NCBI GenBank assembly: GCA_963743275.1
Contig: CAVUPB010000009.1
Coordinates: 156,189 to 220,188 of the forward strand
Source: an uncultured Actinomycetes bacterium
GTDB taxonomy: Bacteria > Actinomycetota > Thermoleophilia > Gaiellales > JALYLC01
DNA length: 64,000 nt
Reading direction: 5' to 3'
This document shows, in pieces, positions 43,738 to 52,353 of the stretch. The position numbers and the translations under genes are program-made. The notes beneath the pieces are model-generated. The model did not search any database and was not told where the DNA came from. It saw nothing but the letters and a program-made list of their open reading frames with translations. Position 1 is the stretch's first letter. Each line of letters opens with the position of its first letter.

Positions 43738-44109
43738 TTGCCTATCGCTCGGCCCGCCGGTGAACTCCGCCAGCTGGCCTATCTGATCGCGATCGCGGAG
43801 GACGGATCGTTTCGCGCGGCGGCACATCGCCTGCACGTCGCCGCGCCGTCGATCTCGCAGCAGATCCGTCTGCTCGAGCAGGAGGTCGGCGGCCCGCTGC
43901 TCGAGCGCCTGCCCCGCGGTGCACGTCTGACGCCCGCCGGGCGCGCGTTCCTCCCGGAGGCCCGCAGCGCGCTGCTGGCCGCCCAGCGCGCCCAGCGCGC
44001 GGGCCGCGCGGCGCTCGCGCTCGAGCTCGCCGCGATCGAGATCGCGACGGTGCTCTCGCTCGCGGTCGGGCTGCTGCCGCCCGCGATCCAGCGGATGTGC
44101 CTCGAGTGA
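43738..44109 (+). pseudogene. LysR-family regulator, 3'-truncated (HTH domain + first strand of effector domain only)
   Basis: ELRQLAYLIAIAEDGSFRAAAHRLHVAAPSISQQIRLLEQEVGGPLLERLPRG is a classic LTTR N-terminus. The ORF stops after 123 aa, whereas LTTRs are ~300 aa. Divergent from the cupin/molybdoenzyme operon. Confidence 0.8.
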
Positions 44110-44169
44110 GCCGTCGGGTACGAGCCGCGCCGCAAGGGGAACCGCGCCTGATCGCCCCGGGGACACAGA

Positions 44170-44197
44170 AGCGGGCGGCGCTTGCGCGCCGCCCGCT
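44170..44197 (-). terminator. 12-bp GC hairpin downstream of family A copy 2
   Basis: AGCGGGCGGCGC-TTGC-GCGCCGCCCGCT. The left flank ACAGAAGCGGGCGGC is shared with the hairpin at 12639. Its position supports stop 44223 as the authentic end. Confidence 0.55.
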
Positions 44198-44222
44198 CCG
44201 GGACGGACGAGATGGCGGGGTC

Positions 44223-44655
44223 TCAGGCAGCGCTGTGCTGCCGCACGGACTCCCGGGTCCGCTGCGCGGTCCGCTGCGCGGTCTGCTGCGCGACGAACCG
44301 GCGGCGAAGCGCGTCGGCGCCACGGCGGGCGGCCGAGCGGGTCGCGGCCGAAGAGCGGGGACTCGATCCCGTCGGTCATGAAGCTGCGGACGGCGTCGAG
44401 CGACTCGCGGCTCACCGCGGCGGTCTCGTCGCGCAGCACCTCTGCGACGGCCGAGAGCGCGGGTGCGGCGGCGAGGACGACGACGGGCCGTGCGACACGG
44501 TTGCGGAGCGGGACGGACGACCGGGAGGCGTCCTTGATGGCGCCCTCGATGGAGCGGGCCCAGACCTTGCGCTCGTCCATCGTCACCTCGAGGGCCGCCT
44601 TCCGGAGCACGCGAGCGAGCATGCCGCGGTTGGTGATCTCGTTGTTGACGAACAT
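44223..44655 (-). pseudogene. Small conserved hypothetical protein, family A copy 2, frame broken once near 44333
   Basis: MFVNNEITNRGMLARVL...SFMTDGIESPLFGRDPL, then the conserved tail AARRGADALRRRF...RQHSAA* is in the -1 frame (extra G in CTCGGCC). GAGGTGA RBS as in copy 1. Length is 3n+1. Confidence 0.7.
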
Positions 44656-44750
44656 CGCTTATCTCACCTCTGAGAGACGACGGTTGATACTGACACTCAG
44701 AGCTTCTCAGGTACGGCGTGAAGGCCGCCTGACGGTTGCTTTCGCGCATG

Positions 44751-45396
44751 TCAAGTTCGCGACAAGACGGCGCTACTCATGCCCGAATTGCCGCGCCTGT
44801 CCGCTGCGAGGTTGAAGCGGATGCGCCCGAGCTCGCGCCGGAGCGCCTCGCCGTCACGGCCGAAGAGCGGGGAGGTAGACGCCGTCGCTCAGCAGCCATT
44901 CGCACAGCGCGACGCCGCGTACCCGCGGGACGGAATCCCTGCGCAGGAGGCGCTGGATCTCGCGCACGTCGTCGGCGAGGGGCAGGAGCAGCCGCACGTT
45001 GCTGAGCGGCCGCATGGACGGCATGGTGCGGTGCCACTGATCCGCGGCGCGCATGCTGCGATCGAGCGCATGCGCCAGACGGGCGCGGTAACGCGGGTTC
45101 TCCAGGCGGCGCCGCACCGGATCGAGCTCCGCGAGCGGCAACTCCTCGTCGCCCGCGATGATCACCTCGAACGCGCGCCGGCGCCGGCCGCACCATGCCG
45201 AGAGGGCGAGGCCCGCGAGGATCAGGCAGATCGCTGCGGCGGCGACGATCTCGACCGACCGCGCCGGCCCGCGCGCGAAGCACACGAACCCTGCGAGGAC
45301 CAGGAGCCCGCTCAGGAGGTGCAGACAGGCGGTCTCGAAGCGGCGGGTCGCCCGCGCGAGGGGGTGACCCGAGCCCAGCAGGTCGGCGGCGGTCAT
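44751..45396 (-). pseudogene. Membrane-anchored hypothetical protein, family B copy 2, frame broken once at 44869-44872
   Basis: MTAADLLGSGHPLARATRRF..., 2 TM, ...RGVALCEWLLSDGVY. The conserved tail LPLFGRDGEALRRELGRIRFNLAA is read only if one C of the C4 run is removed. Length is 3n+1. Confidence 0.65.
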
Positions 45397-45579
45397 TGCT
45401 CTCACAGCGTTGCCGGGCGTGCGCGAACGCCGTCTGAAGCTTCGCCGCGCTGGCCTGAAGATTCCCTGAAGCGCGCCCGCGAGGATCATCGGCCGCCGTT
45501 GTCCCGGGCGAAGCCGCGTGCCGATCGCGAGGCCGAGTCCGAACGCCGCAAGTGTGCGCGAGGACGTCCCGAAGGCGGA

Positions 45580-45605
45580 AGAGGGCCGCCCGGGGGCGGC
45601 CCTCT
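45580..45605 (-). terminator. 11-bp GC hairpin behind the peptidase remnant
   Basis: AGAGGGCCGCC-CGGG-GGCGGCCCTCT, 20 nt downstream of stop 45626. Confidence 0.5.
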
Positions 45606-45625
45606 CCGTCATCCGCTGCCCGGAG

Positions 45626-45835
45626 CTACCAGCCCCAGGCGATCTCGTCGAGGCACTTCGGCGTCGGTGCGCCGACGCCGGTGACGTCGTCCCAGCCTGG
45701 TGCGACGAACAGCGACGTGTCCTCGTCGAACGTCCGTACCGAGTAGGAGACGCCGTCGTCGGCGTTGATGCCGTTGACGTAGTCGTCGCGCGCATTGGCG
45801 ATGTCGCCCTGCGGCGTCACGTCGTAGTACGTCCC
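45626..45835 (-). pseudogene. C-terminal remnant (~70 aa) of a secreted peptidase-like gene (S8/S53-type ending)
   Basis: GTYYDVTPQGDIANARDDYVNGINADDGVSYSVRTFDEDTSLFVAPGWDDVTGVGAPTPKCLDEIAWGW* has near-total GC3. There is no upstream continuation, because the opposite strand is coding from ~45836. Confidence 0.5.
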
Positions 45836-45852
45836 TCGCCCTCGCGCTCGCC

Positions 45853-46281
45853 ATGGCTGCGAGCGCCGCGGCGTCGAACCCCGCGAGCGAAGCCTCGGCC
45901 GTCCTCTCGCCCGCCAGGCTGGGCGCGAAGAACGTCATGCTCACGGTCTCGCTGCGCACCGAGCTGCGCTGCGGCCGTCTCGCGGGGACGAAGCCGCTCG
46001 TGCTCGCGCTGCCCGCCCGGGCGCGCGTCCCCTCCGCGATCCCCGCCTCGGCGGTGCTGATCGGCGGCCGGGCGGCCGGCAAGGTGGCGGTCGCCGGGCA
46101 CACGCTCACGATCTCGCCGGCGCCGCCGCGCGGCGTGATGTGCAACTCGATCAGGGTCGGGGTCGTGAAGATCGTCGTCCTGCCGGCGGCGGGTCTCGGC
46201 AATCCCCGCGCCCCCGGGGCGTACGTCGTCCGCCTGACGTACGGCCCGGGGATATTCCCGCTGCCGCTGCGCATCCGGTAG
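45853..46281 (+). CDS. Hypothetical protein (142 aa), probably 5'-truncated secreted beta-sandwich-like protein
   Basis: By my manual count nearly all third positions are G/C. The in-frame upstream codons read ...RRSTSLALALA before Met1 (MAASAAAS), i.e. a signal-peptide core without a start codon. Confidence 0.6.
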   Translation: MAASAAASNPASEASAVLSPARLGAKNVMLTVSLRTELRCGRLAGTKPLVLALPARARVPSAIPASAVLIGGRAAGKVAVAGHTLTISPAPPRGVMCNSIRVGVVKIVVLPAAGLGNPRAPGAYVVRLTYGPGIFPLPLRIR

Positions 46282-46329
46282 CGGGAGATCCGCAGCGTGT
46301 AACGCGTACATGCGCGAAGATCAGCCCCT

Positions 46330-47265
46330 GTGAGCCTCGAGCTGGTCACCATCGGGCGCGTCAGCGTCGATCTCTACGCGCGCGAGCAGGGCGTCGGCTT
46401 CGCGCAGGTCGAGACGTTCGCGAAGTCGGTCGGCGGCAGCCCCACGAACGTCGCCGTCGCCGCCGCGCGCCTCGGGCGGCGCGCCGCCGTCATCACGGCG
46501 GTGGGCGACGACCCGTTCGGCGAGTACGTGCGCGGCGCACTGGCCGGCCGCTTCGGCGTCGACGTGCGCTTCGTCGGCACGCACCCGACGCTGCGCACGC
46601 CGCTCGCGTTCGCCGCCATGGATCCCCCCGAGGAGCCCAAGCTGCTCTTCTACCGCGAGCCCGACGCCCCCGACATGCAGATCGAGCTGGCGGCGATCGA
46701 CCGCGACGCGGTGCGCGAAGCGCAGATCCTGTGGGTCAGCGCGTCGGCGCTCTCGGCCGAGCCCTCGCGCGGCACGACGCTCGCGCTGATGGCCGATCGC
46801 GAGCGCGCGACGACGATCCTCGATCTCGACTACCGCCCCACGTTCTGGCGCGACGAGGCCGAGGCGAGCGCCGTGATCGGCGCCGCGCTCGACGGCGCCG
46901 GCACCGCGGTCGGCAACCGCGAGGAGTGCCGGGTGGCCGTCGGCAGCGACGATCCGCAGCGCGCGGCCGATGCGCTGCTCGCCCGCGGCTGCGGGCTCGC
47001 CGTCGTCAAGCAGGGCGGCGCGGGCGTGCTCGTGGCGACGCCGGGCGAGCGCGAGGTCGTGCCCGGGCTGCACGTGCAGGTCGTGTGCGGCCTCGGCGCG
47101 GGCGATGCGTTCGGGGGCGCGCTCTGCCACGGGCTGCTCGCCGGCCGGCCGCCCGCCGAGTGCGTGCGCTTCGCCAACGCCGCAGGTGCGATCGTCGCAT
47201 CGCGCCTGCTGTGCGCCGACGCGATGCCCGACGAGGGCGAAGTCCGGGCCCTGCTCGCGACATGA
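46330..47265 (+). CDS. iolC: 5-dehydro-2-deoxygluconokinase (PfkB family)
   Basis: VGGSPTNVAVAAARLG, DLDYRPTFW and GLGAGDAFGGAL motifs, with the iolB/iolD neighbours. Confidence 0.8.
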   Translation: MSLELVTIGRVSVDLYAREQGVGFAQVETFAKSVGGSPTNVAVAAARLGRRAAVITAVGDDPFGEYVRGALAGRFGVDVRFVGTHPTLRTPLAFAAMDPPEEPKLLFYREPDAPDMQIELAAIDRDAVREAQILWVSASALSAEPSRGTTLALMADRERATTILDLDYRPTFWRDEAEASAVIGAALDGAGTAVGNREECRVAVGSDDPQRAADALLARGCGLAVVKQGGAGVLVATPGEREVVPGLHVQVVCGLGAGDAFGGALCHGLLAGRPPAECVRFANAAGAIVASRLLCADAMPDEGEVRALLAT

Positions 47266-47278
47266 GGGAGGTCGTGCG

Positions 47279-48172
47279 ATGAAGCTCCATCTGCCCGCCG
47301 GCAGCGCCGCTGCCGGAGGCGATCCGCTGCTGGTGACGCCCGAGAGCGCCGGCTGGCAGCGCTGCGGTCTGCGCATCGTGCGCCTGGCGCCCGGCGAGGC
47401 GCGCGAGCTCGCGAGCGGGCGCGACGAGATCGCGATCCTGCCGCTCGCCGGCGGCGCCTGCACGGTCGAGGTCGAGGGGCGGCGCTTCGAGCTCGAGGGG
47501 CGTGAGAGCGTGTTCGCGCGGATCACCGACTGGGCGTACGTCCCGATCGACGCGGAGGTGCGCCTGTCCTCGGCGGCGGGCTGCGAGCTGGCGCTCGCCT
47601 CGGCGCGCGCGACCCGCCGCTTCGATCCCGCCTATCTCGAGGCCGGGGGCGTGCCGATCGAGCTGCGCGGCGCCGGTCCGGCGACCCGCCAGGTGGCCAA
47701 CTTCATGGTGCCCGAGGTCTTCGACGGCGCCGACCGGCTGATCTGCTGCGAGCTCCTGACGCCCGACGGCAACTGGTCGAGCTACCCGCCGCACAAGCAC
47801 GACGCCACGCCCGAGTGCGAGGTGGACAACGAGGAGATCTACTACTTCCGCGTCGGGCGCCTGGGCTCGCTCGGGTACTCGGCCGACGGCTTCGGCGTGC
47901 ACCGCACCTACAGCGACGACCGCTCGATCGACGAGACGGCGATCGTGCACGACGGCGACGCCTTCCTCGTGCCGGCCGGATATCACGGCCCCTGCATCGC
48001 GGCCCCCGGCTACCCGCTCTACTACCTCAACGTGATGGCCTCCGACGCCGGTCCCCGCAAGCTCGCGTTCGTCGACGACGAGCCGCACCACTGGGTGCGC
48101 GCGACCTGGGACGGCATGGCGACCGACCCGCGCCTGCCGATGACGTCGGCCGCGGGCGTGGTGGCAGCCTGA
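47279..48172 (+). CDS. iolB: 5-deoxy-glucuronate isomerase
   Basis: GGGAGG RBS. WSSYPPHKHD...EEIYYF...YHGPCIAAPGYPLYYLNVMA is a characteristic IolB cupin. Confidence 0.9.
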   Translation: MKLHLPAGSAAAGGDPLLVTPESAGWQRCGLRIVRLAPGEARELASGRDEIAILPLAGGACTVEVEGRRFELEGRESVFARITDWAYVPIDAEVRLSSAAGCELALASARATRRFDPAYLEAGGVPIELRGAGPATRQVANFMVPEVFDGADRLICCELLTPDGNWSSYPPHKHDATPECEVDNEEIYYFRVGRLGSLGYSADGFGVHRTYSDDRSIDETAIVHDGDAFLVPAGYHGPCIAAPGYPLYYLNVMASDAGPRKLAFVDDEPHHWVRATWDGMATDPRLPMTSAAGVVAA

Positions 48173-50016
48173 TGCGCACCGTCCGGCTCACGACCGCACA
48201 GGCGATCGTCCGCTACCTGACCGCCCAGCGCACGATCGTCGACGGGGAGGAGCGGCCGCTGCTCGCCGGCGTGTTCGGCATCTTCGGGCACGGCAACGTG
48301 ACCTGCCTGGGCGAGGCCCTGTACGACGCGCGCGAGGTGCTCCCCACCTACCGCGGCCAGAGCGAGCAGGGGATGGCGCTGGCCGCGATCGGATTCGCGA
48401 AGGCGATGCGGCGGCGGCAGTTCATGGCCGCGACGTCCTCGGTCGGCCCGGGTGCGATGAACATGGTCACGGCCGCGGCCGTCGCGCACGCCAACCGGCT
48501 GCCGCTCCTGCTGCTCGCCGGCGACACGTTCCACTCGCGCATCCCCGACCCCGTGCTGCAGCAGGTCGAGCAGTTCGACCAGCCCTCGGTCACGGTCAAC
48601 GACGCGTTCCGGCCCGTGACCCGCTACTGGGATCGCATCACGAGCCCCGCCCAGGTCGCGCAGTCGCTCCCGCTCGCGCTCGCGACGATGCTCGACCCGG
48701 CCGACTGCGGCCCGGCCTTCATCGGCCTCCCGCAGGACGTCCAGGCCGAGGCCTACGACTATCCCGTGCGGCTGTTCGAGCCCGTCGTGCACGAGCTGCG
48801 GCGCCAGCGCCCCGATCACCGCGAGCTCGCTGCGGCCGCTGCGGCTCTGCGCGACGCACGAGCGCCGCTGATCGTGGCCGGCGGCGGCGTGCACTACGCG
48901 CTCGCCGAGCAGCAGCTGCGCAGCTTCGCCGAGCAGCACCACCTGCCCGTCGTCGAGACGATGGCGGGCAAGTCGACGCTGCTCGCCGACCATCCGCTCT
49001 ACGCCGGCCCGATCGGGGTCACGGGCTGCCCGCAGGCCAACGCGCTCGCAGCGCAGGCCGACGTCGTGCTCGCCGTCGGGACCCGGCTGCAGGACTTCAC
49101 GACGGGCTCGTGGACGGTCTTCGGCAACGAGGATCTGCGCATCGTCGGGCTCAACGCCGCGCGCTTCGACGCGGCCAAGCACCGCAGCCTGCCGCTCGTG
49201 TGCGACGCGCTCGAGGGCCTGGAGGCGCTCGGCTCGGCGCTCGCCGGCTGGTCGGCGCCCGAGCCCTGGCGCGAGGAGACGCGCACGCAGGCCCGTGCGT
49301 TCCACGAGCACGTGCGCGCGGCCGTCGCCGCGCGCCCGGGAGCGAGCGCGCCGTCCTACGCGCAGGTCATCGCCGCTGTGAACGCGGCGGCCGCGCCCGA
49401 GGACTATGCGGTCTCGTCGGCCGGGGGCTTCCCCGGCGAGCTCAACGTCAACTGGCTCGCGCGCGGCGTCGCCACGTTCGACTGCGAGTACGGCTTCTCG
49501 TGCATGGGCTACGAGCTCGCGGGCGCGTGGGGGGCGAGCATGGCGCGGCCGCGCGGCGAGGTCTTCGCGTTCGTCGGCGACGGCTCGTACCTGATGCTCA
49601 ACTCCGAGCTGCTGAGCTCGGTGATCTCGGGCCACAAGCTCATCGCGCTGCTCTGCGACAACGGCGGCTTCGCCGTGATCGAGCGCCTCCAGGTGGGACA
49701 GGGCGGCGCCTCGTTCAACAACATGTTCGACGCGATCGGGCCGAACCGGGTCGAGGTCGACTGGGTGGCGCATGCGCGCGCGCTCGGCTGCGAGGCCGAG
49801 CGCGTCGATGCGATCGACGACCTGCCGGCGGCCCTGGGACGCGCGCGCGCGTCCGAGCGCAGCTACGTGATCGCCCTGCGCACCGCTCCCGACGCGTGGA
49901 CGGACGGCGGGGCCTTCTGGCAGGTCGGCGTGCCCGAGGTCTCCGGGCGCCCACAGGTCGACGAGGCGCGCGCGCGTCAGTCCGAGGGCCGCGGCGGTCA
50001 GCGGGTCGGCTGGTGA
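48172..50016 (+). CDS. iolD: 3D-(3,5/4)-trihydroxycyclohexane-1,2-dione acylhydrolase (ThDP enzyme)
   Basis: ATG overlaps the iolB stop. MRTVRLTTAQAIVRYL, GIFGHGNV and GDGSYLMLNSEL (ThDP motif). Confidence 0.9.
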   Translation: MRTVRLTTAQAIVRYLTAQRTIVDGEERPLLAGVFGIFGHGNVTCLGEALYDAREVLPTYRGQSEQGMALAAIGFAKAMRRRQFMAATSSVGPGAMNMVTAAAVAHANRLPLLLLAGDTFHSRIPDPVLQQVEQFDQPSVTVNDAFRPVTRYWDRITSPAQVAQSLPLALATMLDPADCGPAFIGLPQDVQAEAYDYPVRLFEPVVHELRRQRPDHRELAAAAAALRDARAPLIVAGGGVHYALAEQQLRSFAEQHHLPVVETMAGKSTLLADHPLYAGPIGVTGCPQANALAAQADVVLAVGTRLQDFTTGSWTVFGNEDLRIVGLNAARFDAAKHRSLPLVCDALEGLEALGSALAGWSAPEPWREETRTQARAFHEHVRAAVAARPGASAPSYAQVIAAVNAAAAPEDYAVSSAGGFPGELNVNWLARGVATFDCEYGFSCMGYELAGAWGASMARPRGEVFAFVGDGSYLMLNSELLSSVISGHKLIALLCDNGGFAVIERLQVGQGGASFNNMFDAIGPNRVEVDWVAHARALGCEAERVDAIDDLPAALGRARASERSYVIALRTAPDAWTDGGAFWQVGVPEVSGRPQVDEARARQSEGRGGQRVGW

Positions 50017-50999
50017 CGGGTCTCGCGCTCGTCGGCGTGGGCCGCATGGGGGCGCTGCACCTGCGCGCGCTGCCGCGCGCGCGCCGCGTGCAGTTGCGCG
50101 TGATCTGCGACCCTGCGCCGGCCGCGGCCGCGTTCGGCGAGCTCGCAGGCGTGCCGGTCGAGGCCGAGTTCGAGCAGACGCTGCGGCGCGACGACGTCGA
50201 CTTCGTCCTGATCGCGGCGCCCACGCCCGAGCACGAGTCGCTGGTCGCGGCGGCCCTGGCGGCGGGCAAGCACGTGCTCTGCGAGCGGCCGCTGACGTTC
50301 GACGCGCACACCGACATGCGCCTGGCCGCCGAGGCCGATCGCCGGGGCCTCGGCCTGCACGTCGGCTTCTGGCGCCGGCACGCCTGGCCCTATCGCGAGG
50401 CGCGCCGCCTGATCGCGGAAGGCGAGATCGGCGCCCCGCGCATGCTGCGCCTCGCGCAGTGGGACGCCGAGCCGCTCTCGCCCGCGTTCTGCGATCCGGC
50501 CGTGAGCGGCGGCATCGAGATCGACTGCGGCGTGCACGAATGCGATCTGGCCGCCTGGCTCTGCGGCTCGCCGGTCGTCGAGGCGTTCGCCCGGGGCGCG
50601 CCCACGCGCCCCGAGATCGCGGCGGTCGGCGACGTGGAGTCGCTGATCGGGCTGCTCGTGCTGAAGGCGGGCCAGCCGGTCTCGCTCGATCTCGCGCGCA
50701 CGGCCACGCACGCCGATCTCGTGCGCAGCGAGATCGTGGGCGAGCACGGCTCGCTGATCTGCGAGGCGCACGGCGCCGGCGCGCTGCTCGTGAGCCAGGA
50801 GGACGGCTTCCGCGAGGTGCTGCCCATGACCGACGACGTGATGCTCGACGCGCTGGCCCGCCAGATCGATGCCCTGGCGGCGGCCGCGGCGGGCGGGCCC
50901 GTACCCGATGCGGCGCGGCCTTCGGACGCCGCGGCGGCGCTGCGCGCGGCGCAGGCGATGCGGCAGTCGCGGCGGACCGGCGCTGCGGTGACGCTCTAG
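50013..50999 (+). CDS. Gfo/Idh/MocA oxidoreductase (inositol 2-dehydrogenase-like by context)
   Basis: GTGA overlap with iolD. LALVGVGRMGALH Rossmann and AGKHVLCERP. Confidence 0.75.
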   Translation: MTGLALVGVGRMGALHLRALPRARRVQLRVICDPAPAAAAFGELAGVPVEAEFEQTLRRDDVDFVLIAAPTPEHESLVAAALAAGKHVLCERPLTFDAHTDMRLAAEADRRGLGLHVGFWRRHAWPYREARRLIAEGEIGAPRMLRLAQWDAEPLSPAFCDPAVSGGIEIDCGVHECDLAAWLCGSPVVEAFARGAPTRPEIAAVGDVESLIGLLVLKAGQPVSLDLARTATHADLVRSEIVGEHGSLICEAHGAGALLVSQEDGFREVLPMTDDVMLDALARQIDALAAAAAGGPVPDAARPSDAAAALRAAQAMRQSRRTGAAVTL

Positions 51000-51037
51000 G
51001 CAGGACATCGAGGCGCCGAGCGGCGAGGGCCGGTTCC

Positions 51038-51120
51038 TGGCACGAAGTCGTGCCAGATTCAGGCACTCATTCGCGATCGGGTGCCAAGAATCAGCACGAA
51101 ATGGTGCGCAATTGCGGCAC
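51038..51120. repeat. Array of alternating GGCAC / GTGCC half-sites in a lower-GC intergenic region
   Basis: TGGCACGA-AG-TCGTGCCA (51038-51055, perfect). GGCAC-N14-GTGCC (51062-51085). GCAC-N6-GTGC (51094-51107). GTGCGCAATTGCGGCAC (51104-51120). All lie just upstream of GTG 51144. Confidence 0.6.
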
Positions 51121-51143
51121 TAGAGGTAAGCTGAGTCCGCACC

Positions 51144-52289
51144 GTGATCACCGACGTCAATCCCTTCGTCTACTCCCACCCGCTCGCGCCCGATGACATC
51201 ATCGATCGCGACGACGAGACGCGGCAGCTCCTGACCGCCGCCGTCGGCGGCCACTACACGCGTCTCTACGCGCCGCGCAAGTACGGGAAGACGAGTCTCC
51301 TGCGGCGCGTCCTCCGCGACGCCGACCGCCAGGAGGGGATGATCCCGATCCTCGTCGACCTCTACGGCGTGCTCTCGCTCACCGACGTCACGGTGCGCTT
51401 CGAGCGCGCCTACGCCCGTCAGCTCAAGGGCAAGATGCGGGCGCGGGTCGAGGAGTTCCTCCAGAGCACCGGCCTCGGCCTCTCGCTCGGCGCGCTCGGG
51501 GTGAGTGCGCGGTTGCAGATCGAGCCGAAGACCGATCCCCTCCCGGCCCTGCACGCGCTGCTCGATCTCCCGCTGCGCCTCGAGCAGGGCGGAGGCTTCC
51601 GCGCCCTGATCGTGCTGGACGAGTTCCAGGACGTCACCAAGGTCAAGGAGATGGACGCCATCCTCCGCAGCCACATCCAGTTCCAGGGCGAGGTCGCGTC
51701 GTTCATCTTCGCCGGCTCGGAGCCCGGGCTGATGCGCGAGCTGTTCGAGGCCAAGGAGCGACCGCTCTACGGGCAGGCGGTGCCGATGCGGCTCGGGCGG
51801 CTCGCCGACGCGGACATCGCGCCCTACGTGATCGAGCGCTTCCGCGAGACGGGGCGCAGCGCAGGCGACGCGCCGAACGCGCTGCTCGCGAGCGCGCGCG
51901 GGCACCCGCAGCGCACCATGCTGCTCGCCCACCACCTCTGGGCCGAGGTCGAGCCGGGCGCGACCGCGACCCTGGCGGACTGGTCGCGCGCCCGGGCGAC
52001 GGCGCTCGCGGAGCTCCACCCCGAGTTCGACGCGCACTGGCGCCGGCTCTCCACGAACGAGCAGAAGGCGCTCCGCGCAGTGATCGCGGGCAGCGGGTCG
52101 CCGTTCGCCACGCGCGTGCTCGAGCAGCTCGACCTCAAGAAGAGCACCGCGCGGGCCGCGCTCAACGGCCTCGTCGCCGGCGCCGACGTCGAGCGCGAGG
52201 GCGACGCCTACGTCGTCGTCGACCCGCTCTTCGCGGAATGGATCGGCGGTCTGCGCGAGCACGCGGGCGGCGAGGCGCAGGACGCCTGA
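51144..52289 (+). CDS. AAA ATPase of the archaeal-ATPase/DUF234 type with C-terminal winged-helix
   Basis: NPFVYSHPLAPDDIIDRDDE, Walker A APRKYGKTSLL, Walker B LIVLDEFQ, and a C-terminal LSTNEQKALRAV... wHTH-like region. Confidence 0.75.
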   Translation: MITDVNPFVYSHPLAPDDIIDRDDETRQLLTAAVGGHYTRLYAPRKYGKTSLLRRVLRDADRQEGMIPILVDLYGVLSLTDVTVRFERAYARQLKGKMRARVEEFLQSTGLGLSLGALGVSARLQIEPKTDPLPALHALLDLPLRLEQGGGFRALIVLDEFQDVTKVKEMDAILRSHIQFQGEVASFIFAGSEPGLMRELFEAKERPLYGQAVPMRLGRLADADIAPYVIERFRETGRSAGDAPNALLASARGHPQRTMLLAHHLWAEVEPGATATLADWSRARATALAELHPEFDAHWRRLSTNEQKALRAVIAGSGSPFATRVLEQLDLKKSTARAALNGLVAGADVEREGDAYVVVDPLFAEWIGGLREHAGGEAQDA

Positions 52290-52353
52290 AAACGGCAAGG
52301 GGCAGCGCCTCGCCCGCCGGGGCGAGACGCTGCCGCGAACCGGCGCGTGGGAT

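Noticed and set aside
43717-44655. 312-aa ORF as a real protein
   Set aside because: Only the first ~107 aa match the paralogue at 12703-13122. The conserved C-terminal tail and stop (...SAA*) and a terminator hairpin are found in the neighbouring frame at 44223. The rest of the long ORF also runs antisense through the LysR fragment.
45609-46352. Minus-strand ORFs of 247 aa and 164 aa over 45.6-46.35 kb
   Set aside because: The + strand ORF 45853-46281 has almost exclusively G/C at third positions and a plausible beta-rich sequence. The minus-strand products are low-complexity, except for the genuine C-terminal remnant at 45626-45835.
51038-51055. Sigma-54 promoter (TGGCAC-N5-TTGC) at TGGCACGAAGTCGTGCCA
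   Set aside because: The GC element falls one nucleotide out of register (GTGC after N6, not TTGC after N5). The sequence is a perfect palindrome, and Actinobacteria generally lack RpoN. It is better described as an inverted-repeat operator.
48022-51066. 1014-aa minus-strand ORF across the iolD/dehydrogenase region
   Set aside because: Arg/Pro/Ala-rich artefact antisense to clearly recognisable iolD and Gfo/Idh/MocA genes.
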